DNA from: Bacillota bacterium | Lineage (GTDB): Bacteria; Bacillota; Clostridia; Oscillospirales; Acutalibacteraceae | Direction: 5' to 3' | Assembly: GCA_022706685.1 (NCBI GenBank) | Contig: JAKJCA010000002.1 | Span: 4,459-68,458 of the forward strand | DNA: 64,000 nt | Shown here: positions 35,589 to 45,808 of the stretch, piece by piece | How positions within the stretch are numbered: position 1 is the first letter of the stretch | Layout: each line of letters opens with the position of its first letter | The notes under the pieces: model-generated | The model's database searches: none | Told to the model about the DNA's origin: nothing | Seen by the model: only the letters and a program-made list of their open reading frames with translations | Made by a program: the position numbers and the translations under genes

Positions 35589-38000
35589 ATGGATTATTCG
35601 CTCTCAAAACAACAGCTGTGCGACAAACAGAAGGCCGCCCTTTCCCACTACTTCGGCGTCACGCCGGAGGAGGCGGACTACGAGCAGCATTACAAAGCGC
35701 TTGCCACCGTCATGCGCGATATGCTCCGGCAGGGCTATAAGGAATCCGTTGCGGCGCAGAACAAGGCGCCCGGCACCAAGCGGATTTATTACCTGTGCAT
35801 GGAGTTTTTAACCGGCAAATCGCTCAGGAACAACCTGTTCAACCTCGGCCTGACGGACGCCGCGCAGGCGATGCTCGCCGATTTCGGCGTCAAAATCGAA
35901 AAACTGTACGACTGCGAACCCGACGCCGGCCTGGGCAACGGCGGCCTCGGCCGCCTTGCGGCGTGTTACCTCGACGCGCTCGCCTCCTCCGGCAGCGCCG
36001 CCACGGGTTACTGCATTTTGTACGAATACGGCATTTTCAGGCAGAAGCTCGTCGACGGCTGGCAGACGGAGCTGCCGGACTTCTGGCTGCCCGGCGGCGA
36101 GGTCTGGCTGGTTCCCCGCCACGAAAAAGAGGTCGAGGTGCGCTTTGAAGGCACCGTTTCCGACATCTGGTACGACAACGCCCACTCGGTCGAGCACAAA
36201 GGTTACAAATCCGTCACCGCGGTGCCCTACGACCTGTATATTTCCGGTTACGGCGGCAAGGGCGTCGCCGCGCTCCGGCTCTGGTCGGCGCAGGCGTCCG
36301 AAATCGACATGGAACGCTTCAACCGCGGCGATTATGTCGGCGCGATGGAGCAGGATGCCATGGCGGAGGTCATCAGCAAGGTCCTCTATCCCGCCGACAA
36401 CCACCCCGAGGGCAAAAGCCTGCGGCTGCGCCAGCAGTATTTCCTTGTTTCCGCCTCCATGCAGGATATCATCCACCGCCACCTGCGCGATAACGGTTCG
36501 CTCGACGGCCTGTCCGGCAGCATTGCGATTCAGCTCAACGACACGCACCCCGCCGTCGCCATTCCGGAGTTCATCCGCATCCTGCTCGACGAGTGCGGCT
36601 ATACGTGGGAGGATGCCGAACGCCTGGCGCGCGGAATATTTTCCTACACCAACCACACCGTCATGAGCGAGGCGCTCGAGAACTGGAGCGAGGAACTCGT
36701 CAAGCGCCTGCTGCCGCGTATCCACATGATTATCAGGGAGCTGGACAACCGCTTCAGGAAAAGCGTTTGGGACGCCACGCACGACGCCGAAAAAGTCGAA
36801 CGCATGGCCATCGTTTCCGGCGGAGCGGTGCGCATGGCCAACCTCTGCGTCGCGGTCTGCGGCAGCGTCAACGGCGTCTCGCAGCTGCACACCGATATTC
36901 TCAAAAACAGCGTTTTTGCCGATTTCTACGCGCTGACCCCCGATAAGTTCAAAAACGTGACCAACGGCATCGCGCACCGCCGCTGGCTGTGCCAGGCCAA
37001 TCCGGACCTGGCCGGTATGCTGACGGACCTCATCGGCGGCGGTTTCGCGCGCGATGCGGCCGAACTGTCAAAACTCGCCGCCTATGCCGACGACAAGGCG
37101 GTGCTCGAACGCCTGCTTGAAATCAAGGCCGCCAACAAACGCCGCCTCGCCGACGAAATCGAACGCGACTACCGTATCGAAGTGGACCCGACGTCCGTTT
37201 TCGACGTCCAGGCGAAGCGCCTGCACGAATACAAGCGCCAGCACCTCAACGCGCTCAACATTCTCGGCCGCTACCTCGACATCAAGGACAACCCGGGCAA
37301 GGCGGTCGTGCCCCACACCTATCTTTTCGCGGCGAAAGCCGCGCCCGGCTACTTCACCGCCAAAAAAATCATCAGTTTCATCTGCGCTGTCGCGGACCTC
37401 GTCAACGGTGACCCGGACACGAAGGGCAAACTGCGCGTCGTGTTTCTGGAAAACTACAACGTCTCCATGGCCGAACGGCTTATGCCCGCGGCCGATATCA
37501 GCGAGCAGATTTCCCTCGCCGGCACCGAGGCGAGCGGCACCGGCAACATGAAACTGATGCTCAACGGCGCGGTGACCCTCGGCACCCTTGACGGCGCCAA
37601 CATCGAAATCCTCGAGGCCGTCGGCCAAGATAACATCTTCATCTTCGGCCTGACGGCGAAAGAGGCGCGCGCTTTGTGCAGCCGGGGTTACGAACCGATG
37701 AACTACTACAAAAACAACGCTTCGCTGCGCCGCGTCATCGACTTCGTCAACCAGGGCGTCGCCGGCAAGCCCTTCTCCGAAATCAGCGGCACCATCGTCC
37801 ACCACGACCCGTACATGGTGCTCGCCGATTATGAGGAATACTGCCGGACCAACGCCGAAGCCGCGGCGGCTTACGCGGACCGGATGAAGTTCGCGCGCAT
37901 GTCGCTGATGAACATCGCCGCCGCCGGCCGCTTCTCCGCCGACCGCGCCGTAGCCGAATACGCCCGCGACATCTGGCATGCGGGCGGCGCGCGGCAATAA
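35589..38000 (+). CDS. glgP: Glycogen/maltodextrin phosphorylase
   Basis: 803 aa. PLP-lysine block EASGTGNMKLMLNGA, GLGNGGLGRLAAC and an AAGGAGG SD. Confidence 0.95.
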   Translation: MDYSLSKQQLCDKQKAALSHYFGVTPEEADYEQHYKALATVMRDMLRQGYKESVAAQNKAPGTKRIYYLCMEFLTGKSLRNNLFNLGLTDAAQAMLADFGVKIEKLYDCEPDAGLGNGGLGRLAACYLDALASSGSAATGYCILYEYGIFRQKLVDGWQTELPDFWLPGGEVWLVPRHEKEVEVRFEGTVSDIWYDNAHSVEHKGYKSVTAVPYDLYISGYGGKGVAALRLWSAQASEIDMERFNRGDYVGAMEQDAMAEVISKVLYPADNHPEGKSLRLRQQYFLVSASMQDIIHRHLRDNGSLDGLSGSIAIQLNDTHPAVAIPEFIRILLDECGYTWEDAERLARGIFSYTNHTVMSEALENWSEELVKRLLPRIHMIIRELDNRFRKSVWDATHDAEKVERMAIVSGGAVRMANLCVAVCGSVNGVSQLHTDILKNSVFADFYALTPDKFKNVTNGIAHRRWLCQANPDLAGMLTDLIGGGFARDAAELSKLAAYADDKAVLERLLEIKAANKRRLADEIERDYRIEVDPTSVFDVQAKRLHEYKRQHLNALNILGRYLDIKDNPGKAVVPHTYLFAAKAAPGYFTAKKIISFICAVADLVNGDPDTKGKLRVVFLENYNVSMAERLMPAADISEQISLAGTEASGTGNMKLMLNGAVTLGTLDGANIEILEAVGQDNIFIFGLTAKEARALCSRGYEPMNYYKNNASLRRVIDFVNQGVAGKPFSEISGTIVHHDPYMVLADYEEYCRTNAEAAAAYADRMKFARMSLMNIAAAGRFSADRAVAEYARDIWHAGGARQ

Positions 38001-38060
38001 AGAACCGGGCGCAGCGCTGCGCCTTGCAAAACCCGCTTTCAGAACCGCCGGAGGAACGCC

Positions 38061-39413
38061 GTGGGCCTGAAAAAAAACGACCTCATCGAGTTGGAGATTA
38101 CTGCTTGCGCCATGGACGGCAGCGGCATCGGCCGGCACGAAGGCCTGGCCGTGTTTGTGCCGGGCGCCGCGGCGGGCGACACCGTCTCCGCGCATGTCCT
38201 CAGCGTCAAAAGCAACCGCGCCTACGCGAAAATCGACAAAATTTTAACGCCCTCGCCCGACAGAATCGAAGCGGACTGCCCGGTGTACGCCCGCTGCGGC
38301 GGCTGCGCCTTCCGGCATATCCGCTATGAGGCGGAACTCGCCGTCAAGCGCGACCATATCCGGCAGGCGTTCAAACGAATCGGCAAAATCGACGTCGAGC
38401 CCGAACCGGTCGACTCCCCTTCCGGCCCGGACCGTTACCGCAACAAGGCCATGTACGCGCTGCGGCAGGAAGCGGGAGCCCTGAAAATCGGCTTTTACGC
38501 CCCCCGCAGCCACCGGGTGGCCGACTGCCGGGACTGCCTGCTGCAGCCCGCGGATTTCAAAGCCATTCTCGACGTTTTCGCCGGCTGGATGGCCGCGAAC
38601 GCCGTTACGGTCTATGACGAGGCGACGCGCGGGGGGCTGATGCGCGGCATTTTCATCCGCCGCGCGCAGGCGACCGGCGAGACGATGGCCTGCGCCGTCG
38701 TCAACGGCAAAGGCATCCCGCATGCCGACCGGCTGATTGCCGCGCTGCTTGACGCGGCGCCCGGTGTCGCGAGCGTCGCGGTGAACCTCAACACCCGCGA
38801 CACCAACGTCGTGCTCGGCGAAAAAACCGTTATCCTTTACGGCAAACCGGCGATTACCGACGAACTGTGCGGGTTGAAATTTGTCATTTCGCCCGCCTCG
38901 TTCTATCAGGTCAACCACGCGGGGGCAAGCCGCCTCATCGAGAGGGCGAGGGAATACGCCGGCCTCAGCGGCGCCGAAACGGTGCTCGACCTCTACTGCG
39001 GCGCCGGCGCCATCGGCCTGGCCATGGCGGCCTCGGCAAAAGAGGTCATCGGGGTCGAAACCGTCGCCGCGGCCGTGCGCGACGCGCGCGAAAACGCCGC
39101 GCTCAACGGCATCGCCAACGCCCGCTTCCTGTGCGCGGACGCGGCCGAAGCGGCCGCCCGGCTCAAAAGCGAGGGCGTCTCGCCGGATGTGATCATCCTC
39201 GACCCGCCGCGCAAAGGCTGCGAGCCGGCTGTGCTGCAAACGGCGGCCGACATGAGCCCCGAACGCATCGTCTACGTCTCCTGCGACCCCGCCACACTCG
39301 CGCGCGACTGCGCTGTTTTAGACGCTTACGGCTACCGGGTGCAAAAGGTCTCGCCGGTGGATATGTTTCCGAGGACGGGGCATGTAGAATCCGTCGCTCT
39401 TTTGGAGCGATGA
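38061..39413 (+). CDS. rlmD: 23S rRNA (uracil-C5)-methyltransferase, RlmD/RumA family (TRAM, 4Fe-4S and SAM methyltransferase domains)
   Basis: TRAM-like N-terminus, Cys cluster CPVYARCGGCAFRH, SAM motif LDLYCGAGAIG, DPPRKG and catalytic YVSCDP. GTG start behind GGAGGA. Confidence 0.9.
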   Translation: MGLKKNDLIELEITACAMDGSGIGRHEGLAVFVPGAAAGDTVSAHVLSVKSNRAYAKIDKILTPSPDRIEADCPVYARCGGCAFRHIRYEAELAVKRDHIRQAFKRIGKIDVEPEPVDSPSGPDRYRNKAMYALRQEAGALKIGFYAPRSHRVADCRDCLLQPADFKAILDVFAGWMAANAVTVYDEATRGGLMRGIFIRRAQATGETMACAVVNGKGIPHADRLIAALLDAAPGVASVAVNLNTRDTNVVLGEKTVILYGKPAITDELCGLKFVISPASFYQVNHAGASRLIERAREYAGLSGAETVLDLYCGAGAIGLAMAASAKEVIGVETVAAAVRDARENAALNGIANARFLCADAAEAAARLKSEGVSPDVIILDPPRKGCEPAVLQTAADMSPERIVYVSCDPATLARDCAVLDAYGYRVQKVSPVDMFPRTGHVESVALLER

Positions 39414-39420
39414 TTCTACA

Positions 39421-39531
39421 ATGAATTGCGCCTGTCGGCACATGATTTGCTGATGGCATGAATGGACCTTCGGTCATGATTTGCCCTGCGAGGCATGAAA
39501 GCGATTCAATTCATGGAGCGCAGTGAGAAAT
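39421..39531. repeat. Three degenerate tandem units of about 37 bp
   Basis: The units start at 39421, 39458 and 39495. Each begins ATGAA and carries a CATG(A/G) core about 20 nt in. Examples are ATGAATTGCGCCTGTCGGCACATGATTTGC and ATGAATGGACCTTCGGTCATGATTTGCC. Confidence 0.5.
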
Positions 39532-39552
39532 CATGGCGAAGTCAAATAATGA
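39519..39552. repeat. Left copy of a direct repeat of about 30 bp that flanks the four-helix-bundle gene
   Basis: cgcagTgagaaatcatggcgaagtCaaat... here versus cgcagCgagaaatcatggcgaagtTaaat... at 39994-40027. They share an identical 18-mer, GAGAAATCATGGCGAAGT. Confidence 0.7.
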
Positions 39553-39588
39553 CGCACAGCGTCAAATCATTAATGAAGGAAAACGAAA

Positions 39589-39969
39589 ATGAAAGATAAT
39601 CAACTCGTAACCCTGTCAAAGTCATTTGCGGTAGATATTATTAAGCTTTGCGACTGCATCAAAGCCCGTGAAAAAAGCAACGCTGTTATCAGTCAACTGC
39701 TGCGCAGCGGTACAAGCATCGGAGCAAACATTCACGAGGCAAACTACGCTGCAAGCCGGGCAGACTTTATAAATAAGTTGCAGATTGCACTCAAGGAGTG
39801 CTATGAGTCAGATTATTGGCTTGATATTTTTAAGGAATCCGGAATTATTGCGGACGATGAATACAGCAGAATGTTTTCACAGTGCAGTAAACTGCGAAAG
39901 CTGCTCATCGCCTCGATTACAACCGCAAAGACAAACGCACCAGGCGGGAACAACGGCGCAACGGTATAA
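39589..39969 (+). CDS. Four-helix-bundle protein (23S rRNA-intervening-sequence / Avd-like family)
   Basis: 126 aa. The blocks QLLRSGTSIGANIHEANYAASRADFINKLQIALKECYESDYWL are diagnostic of this family. Confidence 0.85.
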   Translation: MKDNQLVTLSKSFAVDIIKLCDCIKAREKSNAVISQLLRSGTSIGANIHEANYAASRADFINKLQIALKECYESDYWLDIFKESGIIADDEYSRMFSQCSKLRKLLIASITTAKTNAPGGNNGATV

Positions 39970-39993
39970 ACGGGAAAAAATCTTCAGGCATAT

Positions 39994-40027
39994 CGCAGCG
40001 AGAAATCATGGCGAAGTTAAATGATAC
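39994..40027. repeat. Right copy of the direct repeat that flanks the four-helix-bundle gene
   Basis: See the left copy. The two copies are 475 bp apart. Confidence 0.7.
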
Positions 40028-40298
40028 TGAACAAATGTCTTTGCAACATCCATTATATCGGAGTCCCGGTGACTCGCCCATTCTTTCCTTCCCTTGGGCA
40101 AAATTGCGAACTTTATTGTACTCTATCGCCGCAAGGTGCGGTTCAATAGGGAAACTTACTGAACCATACCTCAAACCGATACAGAAGAGCAAGAGAGGCG
40201 TTATACCGCAAAGGATAGCGCCTCTCTCCTTTAAATCGCCCATAGTGTTTTCCTGGGACGGTCTTATTATTAAGATATTTACGCCTAATTTTTTGTAT

Positions 40299-40490
40299 TT
40301 ACTTGATGCTTAGGTCAGAAAGCAAGATAAGGTAGTTGAGGCCATAACCTTGAGCGGCCAGCTCTTTAGATTTCGCTGCTTCCGTAATTGATTTGGCAAT
40401 GAAAATGGCTATTATACTGTCGCCAGAGGCAAGGCAATCTTCGGAAAACAGTTCAAAGTCCTTGTTCCTGGTTGTTGAATTCGAAATCAA
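40299..40490 (-). CDS. Doubtful small ORF (63 aa) downstream of dam
   Basis: TTG start, no clear SD and no recognisable motif. A 9-bp hairpin (40191-40228) lies downstream. It may be a gene fragment. Confidence 0.2.
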   Translation of the reverse strand: MISNSTTRNKDFELFSEDCLASGDSIIAIFIAKSITEAAKSKELAAQGYGLNYLILLSDLSIK

Positions 40491-40539
40491 TTTCTACAAC
40501 GTCACCGATAATTGCTACAAGCGCAACAGTATCTTCTCG

Positions 40540-41379
40540 CTACCAAACAAATAAACCTTCGGGTATGTTCGTAATAACAATTTCTTTTCCCCTAACACTG
40601 CCGCCTACGTCATGTTGAATGCTGTACTCTGTCATATGGTACTGTTTATAGATATCTCGAATCAAGTCGCAATCATCGTATGTAACAATCCATCGGGTTT
40701 CACCTAAATGTTCGGCTATAATTCTTGCAAGGCTTTTATGGTCTTCTTCCTTAAAGTAATTGGCATACAGTTTCTTTCCTTTCTTAACATACGGCGGGTC
40801 TATGTTAAAAAAGGATGTGCAAATCATGTCCTGCAAGTGAACGGTGATAAGCTCACTTGCGTCGCAGTTGTATAGTTCGATTCGGTCTTTAAGCAGAGCA
40901 ATCCGTTCGATTTTCTTAACTATCTCACTCTTATTGAAGCGACAATCAATCTTATACGCACCGTCTTGAGATAGTCCACCTATGGGTCCGCCCATGATAA
41001 CGCCGGAAAAGTTCACGCGGTTCAGAAAAAGCGTTGCAAAACCGTCGCTCAACTCATCGGCAGAGCAATCCTTATAAACTGCTTTCTGCTTTTCCCGCTC
41101 TTCAAAAGTTATAGGGGTATCCGTAATCCTTTTAAGCAGGGCTTCTGTGCGATGAAAGACAGAATGCCAAAAGTTGTAAATGTGCGAGTCAAAATCGTTA
41201 AGAACAGCCGACTGTATGATATCGTCACACAGCAAACCAATACCAATACCGAATCCTCCCGCAAAAGGCTCTACATAGGTTCTATCGCCCAGTGCATTGG
41301 CTTCAATAAGTTTTTTTACCTTGTCATAGATTTTTGATTTGCCGCCCGGATAGCGAAGCGGCGAAAGTGACTTAGCCAT
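40540..41379 (-). CDS. dam: Dam-family DNA N6-adenine methyltransferase
   Basis: N-terminal LRYPGGKSK, SAM motif EPFAGGFGIG and catalytic NIDPPY. Its SD (GAGAGG) lies inside the last codons of the upstream helicase-like gene, which indicates co-transcription. Confidence 0.9.
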   Translation of the reverse strand: MAKSLSPLRYPGGKSKIYDKVKKLIEANALGDRTYVEPFAGGFGIGIGLLCDDIIQSAVLNDFDSHIYNFWHSVFHRTEALLKRITDTPITFEEREKQKAVYKDCSADELSDGFATLFLNRVNFSGVIMGGPIGGLSQDGAYKIDCRFNKSEIVKKIERIALLKDRIELYNCDASELITVHLQDMICTSFFNIDPPYVKKGKKLYANYFKEEDHKSLARIIAEHLGETRWIVTYDDCDLIRDIYKQYHMTEYSIQHDVGGSVRGKEIVITNIPEGLFVW

Positions 41380-41382
41380 TTT

Positions 41383-43896
41383 CTACCTCTCGCTTATTAA
41401 GTTTCTGTATGTCATAAAGGCGTTGGGCAGCCAATCTGATAAATCATAAGGACTCAGGAACATCCTCGTGCTTGTGTTTTCAGGTTTCTTCAGAAGAGCA
41501 GGAACAACCTCGAAAGTAATAGGAGGATTAGGTTGAGGTGTATCCTTATCATCTGATATAAGTTTTCTCAACGGAACAAGCAATGTTTTCTGCTCACTGA
41601 CATTATATTCGGCAGGCAGCTGGCCCAATTCAGCATAGTTGAGCAGCTGCAGACCTAAATGTCTGTCGAACAGTTGGTGGTTCCTCTGATTCCAGTAATT
41701 GTCCAGACAGTTTTTGCAGGAACGTGAGCATTCACACTCTGAAAGAATCTTCCTTGCCCTATCAAGCACTTTGTCAAGAATTGAGCCAATCAGGGAGGAA
41801 TAGCCCGCGCCGCTGGTAAGATTGTCGTAAAAGAACATTTCGATATGTGAGTTCCCGTCGCTCTTGATTCTTGGACGCCATCCCCCATTGATTTCACTGT
41901 AGTCAATGTCAAGAACGAGCGAAACAGCCTTTTTTAGTGCTTCGTGCAAGGTCGTTACAGCCGCCCGAAGTATGCATTTCTCTTCCGCATTACTGTTACC
42001 CACAAGTCTCATAGAATCATAAGATATATCCAGCATAAACATATCCGTCAAGAATTCATATCCCAGAAAGATATTGGTAGCTACAGTACCATCATGACGG
42101 CACAAAGGGTGGTTATCATGGTATGGTTGCGAGAAAGAAAATATCCCGTTAGGATTTGCATCTGCGACCTCTGCACCACCGCACTTTTTGCAGACGTTAA
42201 AGCCGTTTTTGCTTTTTCCCATATTAACAGTCAATACTTTTCTGTCAGGAAGATTTGCAAAACGGATATTGCTCCTTACGTAATTATTCATCCTTGTGTC
42301 TTCTGGCACATAGGAATAATATGGAGCCTCCGCATAAGTATATTGTTCATCCTCGTCTTCGAATTTTACTTCATCACCTCTGACAGGAGAAAATCCCCAA
42401 GGACGTAGCATCTTATTCTGAACGATGGCTGCCCTGCAATACGGACAAACCATGCCAGGTGAATCCTCTTGCTTCAAGCCAAACCAGTTGCAATCGGAAC
42501 AGATGTAGATATCTTTATAATAGTCATTGTTCTTGAAATAGAACTCAGCTTGGTTCGTTTCAAAACCCCTCGGTCGAGGATTGGCATAAATGCCGCCGCT
42601 CTGAAATATTTTTTTATCTATCGTAACAAAGCGACCGGGTGCGTATTCACTAAGAGCAACTGCAATATCTCGCTCTGGCGCATATTGAATATCCCGAGGA
42701 GCGTTCTTACCACGTTCAGATTCTTTCTCAACAAAAAACCGTACAACATTTTTGGGGAACGAGTATGAGGGAATAAAGCCTTCGCGGTAGAAGACATCAA
42801 ACGCCAGCGTTTCTTTGTCGTTGTTAATATACTCGTCACGCTTGCCTTCAGCTAAGACATTCTTGCTGATTTCGCAGAATTGCCTGATTGTCTCATCTAT
42901 TGGTAAATCCATAGCTTTCGCAAACGCTATGAAATTCTCGCCGTATTGTTCGCAGAATGTTATTATACCTATGTCAACAATGCCGTCGAATTGGGTTTTC
43001 ATATCGGGAGTGGACATAAATCCATTCAAAGCCAGCATATTAAAATGTCGTTGCTTGATTTTGGGATTGTCGCGATCTATCCACGGCTTACGTGGTGAGC
43101 CTGAAATCATCTCGTCAGGATGCAAGAAGTAATGACTGTCGTGCGTTCCACCGGAAGCGTAAGTTACGATTGTGGATATGCCCGTATTTTTACGTCCGGC
43201 ACGTCCCGCACGCTGCTGGTAGTTTTCTCTCATAGGCGGTATGTTGCGAAGTCCGACAGCAGTCAATGACCCGATATCAATACCAACTTCCATAGTAGTC
43301 GTGCAACTCAATACATCAATGGAGTCCTCTCCGTTTTCACCTGCGTTGATGTCTTGGAAACGCATCTCATACTTTTCTGTGCGGCTCCAAGTATCGCTTC
43401 GGATTTCTTTATGGGACAGTTGCGCTGTGTGCTCTTCGGTATCAATTGTGTGAATGGTCTCGATTTTGTTTAAGGCGTTCAGAATCGGTATCCGCCAAAA
43501 ATCAAAACGTGACAAATCGGATTCGCCAATAGGTACTAAATCCGTTGAATCAAAGCAAGCACCACAATAAGCCCCAATTTTGAACGGAGATAGTTTCCCG
43601 CATTTTACACAGCGATACCAAATGAAGTCTTTACCTGCAAACTCAATCTTTACTGCAGCTAACTTAATATAGTAGCGATTGTTTGCTGAGGAAGCGAAAA
43701 ACAAGTCCCGCACTTTATTTACGATTTTTATTGTCGTTTGATTATCGAGGTTCAGCAGTTCTTGGATTCGCTGAACAAGCCCTTTGTCTAATTCAGTTGA
43801 AAATTCAAAGCCCAAACCAAATATCTGATTTTTGCTCCTGCCGGGTAAACCTTTTCTGACATCATCTTGAATTGTTTCTCCAAGAGCAGCACTAAG
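41383..43896 (-). pseudogene. 5'-truncated SF2 helicase C-terminal domain plus Zn-ribbons and a DUF1998/MrfA-type C-terminal Cys module
   Basis: Helicase motif [12 protein letters not shown] and motif [11 protein letters not shown] are present. No Walker A or DExH domain is present. CxxC pairs are CVKCG...CGAC and CSDC...CPYC, and the C-terminal cluster is [10 protein letters not shown]. There is no in-frame ATG, GTG or TTG with an SD near the composition junction. The 982-aa track ORF continues into unrelated GC-rich sequence. Confidence 0.65.
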
Positions 43897-44163
43897 GTCA
43901 AGGGATTGATTTTGCTCGGGGCGTATCTCTATGGCGATTACCCGGCCGAAAAAACATTGACCGTCTACGGCACATTCAACACAAGCGTGGCCGGGAAAAT
44001 CGACTATACGGAGAATATCGTCGTTATCGAAGGCGGAAACCACGCCCAGTTCGGCAATTACGGCAAACAGAAAGGCGACCCTGACGCCACCATATCCGCC
44101 GCGGAGCAACAAAACATAACCGTGGCGGCAATCAAGGACTTCCTGGCTGAAATCAACGTTTGA
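43897..44163 (+). pseudogene. C-terminal fragment of an alpha/beta-hydrolase gene
   Basis: [16 protein letters not shown]...LTVYGTF...[29 protein letters not shown]...IKDFL matches only the C-terminal third of a common alpha/beta-hydrolase family. The upstream part is replaced by the AT-rich island. Confidence 0.55.
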
Positions 44164-44278
44164 ATATGGCCGGCAGCGCCTTGCTCCGTGAAAGGCGCTT
44201 AAATGAACACACCGACAAGGCGCCGGCATAAACGAAAAGGATTGGCATACGATTATTGCGGTGCGGGGAGGAAAGCCG

Positions 44279-45697
44279 ATGAACACAGGCAATTTTATCG
44301 CGCGGCTGCTATGCATGGCTGTGCTGTTCATACGGCTGCTGACGGGAGGAGCTGATTATCTGAAACTGGTGAACGAATACCCGCTCGGATGTTACAGGCC
44401 GGCGCCGGCATGCTACAGGGTCCGTTTGGATAACAGCATCCCCTTGAGTTCTCTTGACGACCGTTTGCTCGACAACAGAGACCGCGGCTTCCGGACGGAA
44501 GTCTATCTCACCCTCGGCAGCGGCAAGGGTTACCCGGCTTCCGGCTCGACGGCTTATGACACTTTGCGCGGGCAAGTCGGGCTTTATGGGGAAGACAGGT
44601 TCAGGGTCATACAAACTTATATTTATCTCATTGAATACGTGGACAGGCCTTTGGATGCGCTTGCCTTTTCGCAGCTGACGGATTATCTGGCGTATATCGA
44701 TTCCCTGGGTTATCAGTGCCTGCTGCGTTTTGCCTACGAATATGACGCTTCTGCCGGTATCGGACCTGCGACGGATAGGATTGTCGCGCATGCGGCGCAG
44801 TTAAAGGGCTGGTTCACTCAGAACCTCGCGCTGGTCAACCGCGTGGTTTTTGCCGTACAGCTGGGGATGATCGGTTTGTGGGGCGAGGGGCATACCTCCG
44901 TTTATCCCCATGACGCCGGTATCGTGACGGCCGCGGTGGCGGATATGGTGCCCGAAAATATTTACCTCATGTGCCGCCATCCGCGGCTGCTGCCCGATAT
45001 CGGCACGCCTTATTACGGCAGATACGGGCTGCATGACGATTTCTTGGTTGGGATCAGCCATCCCTGGGGCATGCTGGATTTTGATCATCCGCAATACAAA
45101 CGCATGCTCAACCGCTGCAATTATTTTATCAACGACGGCGAAATGCCGTGGGGCTCGGACAATACGGTTGAGGCGATAGACCCCGTTTTATTTCTGCGCC
45201 AGTGCGTGGGTTACAGCCTGACCACCCTGTCGATTACCCATAACTATAAAGAAAACGCGGGTGCCAACCACGAACTCAATCAATACAAGTCCGTCAAATT
45301 GTCAAAAAGCCTGCTGCTCAGGGAAAAGTTCCCGTTCAATCCCCGGTTTTTGGACGAAAACGGCGAGATTTCGGTCTTCACCTATCTGCAGTACCATTTG
45401 GGTTATCTCCTGTGCGCGTCGAATATGAAGTACAAAAACGGCAAACTGGAGTTTATGCTTACGAACTTCGGCATGGCGGCGCCGTTTGAATATGAACTCG
45501 TCGTCTACGGGGACGGCACGCCCTATCCGACGGCGTTTGATCCCCTTGACCTGATCAAGTTCTCGCAGCAGAAATACTGCGTCGCCATCGGCGAACACCG
45601 CCGCGTCGGCATCGCCCTGGTGCACAGGCGCAGCGGGCAAACCATCAAACTGGCCAACGATATTCCGTACGAAAACGGAATCAACTGGATTGTTTGA
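44279..45697 (+). CDS. Secreted or membrane-anchored protein, DUF4874/DUF4832-like (glycoside-hydrolase-like TIM barrel?)
   Basis: ATG 44279, 7 nt after GGAGG. Hydrophobic N-terminus. The blocks [12 protein letters not shown] and [10 protein letters not shown] suggest this family from memory. The functional call is weak. Confidence 0.55.
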   Translation: MNTGNFIARLLCMAVLFIRLLTGGADYLKLVNEYPLGCYRPAPACYRVRLDNSIPLSSLDDRLLDNRDRGFRTEVYLTLGSGKGYPASGSTAYDTLRGQVGLYGEDRFRVIQTYIYLIEYVDRPLDALAFSQLTDYLAYIDSLGYQCLLRFAYEYDASAGIGPATDRIVAHAAQLKGWFTQNLALVNRVVFAVQLGMIGLWGEGHTSVYPHDAGIVTAAVADMVPENIYLMCRHPRLLPDIGTPYYGRYGLHDDFLVGISHPWGMLDFDHPQYKRMLNRCNYFINDGEMPWGSDNTVEAIDPVLFLRQCVGYSLTTLSITHNYKENAGANHELNQYKSVKLSKSLLLREKFPFNPRFLDENGEISVFTYLQYHLGYLLCASNMKYKNGKLEFMLTNFGMAAPFEYELVVYGDGTPYPTAFDPLDLIKFSQQKYCVAIGEHRRVGIALVHRRSGQTIKLANDIPYENGINWIV

Positions 45698-45808
45698 CGG
45701 GCGGCGCAAAACCTTTCTGCCTGCAATAAAACGAAACGGGAAGCGGGCTGCCGCCGTCGGCGGGATAGACAGCACGAACACATTTAGCCATGAAAGGACA
45801 ATCGGTTT

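Larger units (their letters stand above)
39414..43896. other. AT-rich island (visibly lower GC than both flanks) carrying the four-helix-bundle gene, the Dam methylase and the truncated helicase/DUF1998 gene
   Basis: The composition shifts abruptly right after the rlmD stop and again at about 43896/43897. No integrase or transposase was recognised. Confidence 0.6.

Noticed and set aside
40008-40313. 101-aa plus-strand ORF (MAKLNDTEQMSL...)
   Set aside because: It has no SD beyond the repeat-borne sequence, an odd composition and no recognisable motif. It overlaps a hairpin and the 3' region of minus-strand ORFs. It is probably non-coding or a remnant.
43897-44331. First 145 or so residues of the 982-aa minus-strand ORF
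   Set aside because: This stretch is GC-rich and antisense to the alpha/beta-hydrolase fragment and the intergenic DNA. It has no helicase motifs I or II. It is treated as fortuitous read-through, not coding sequence.
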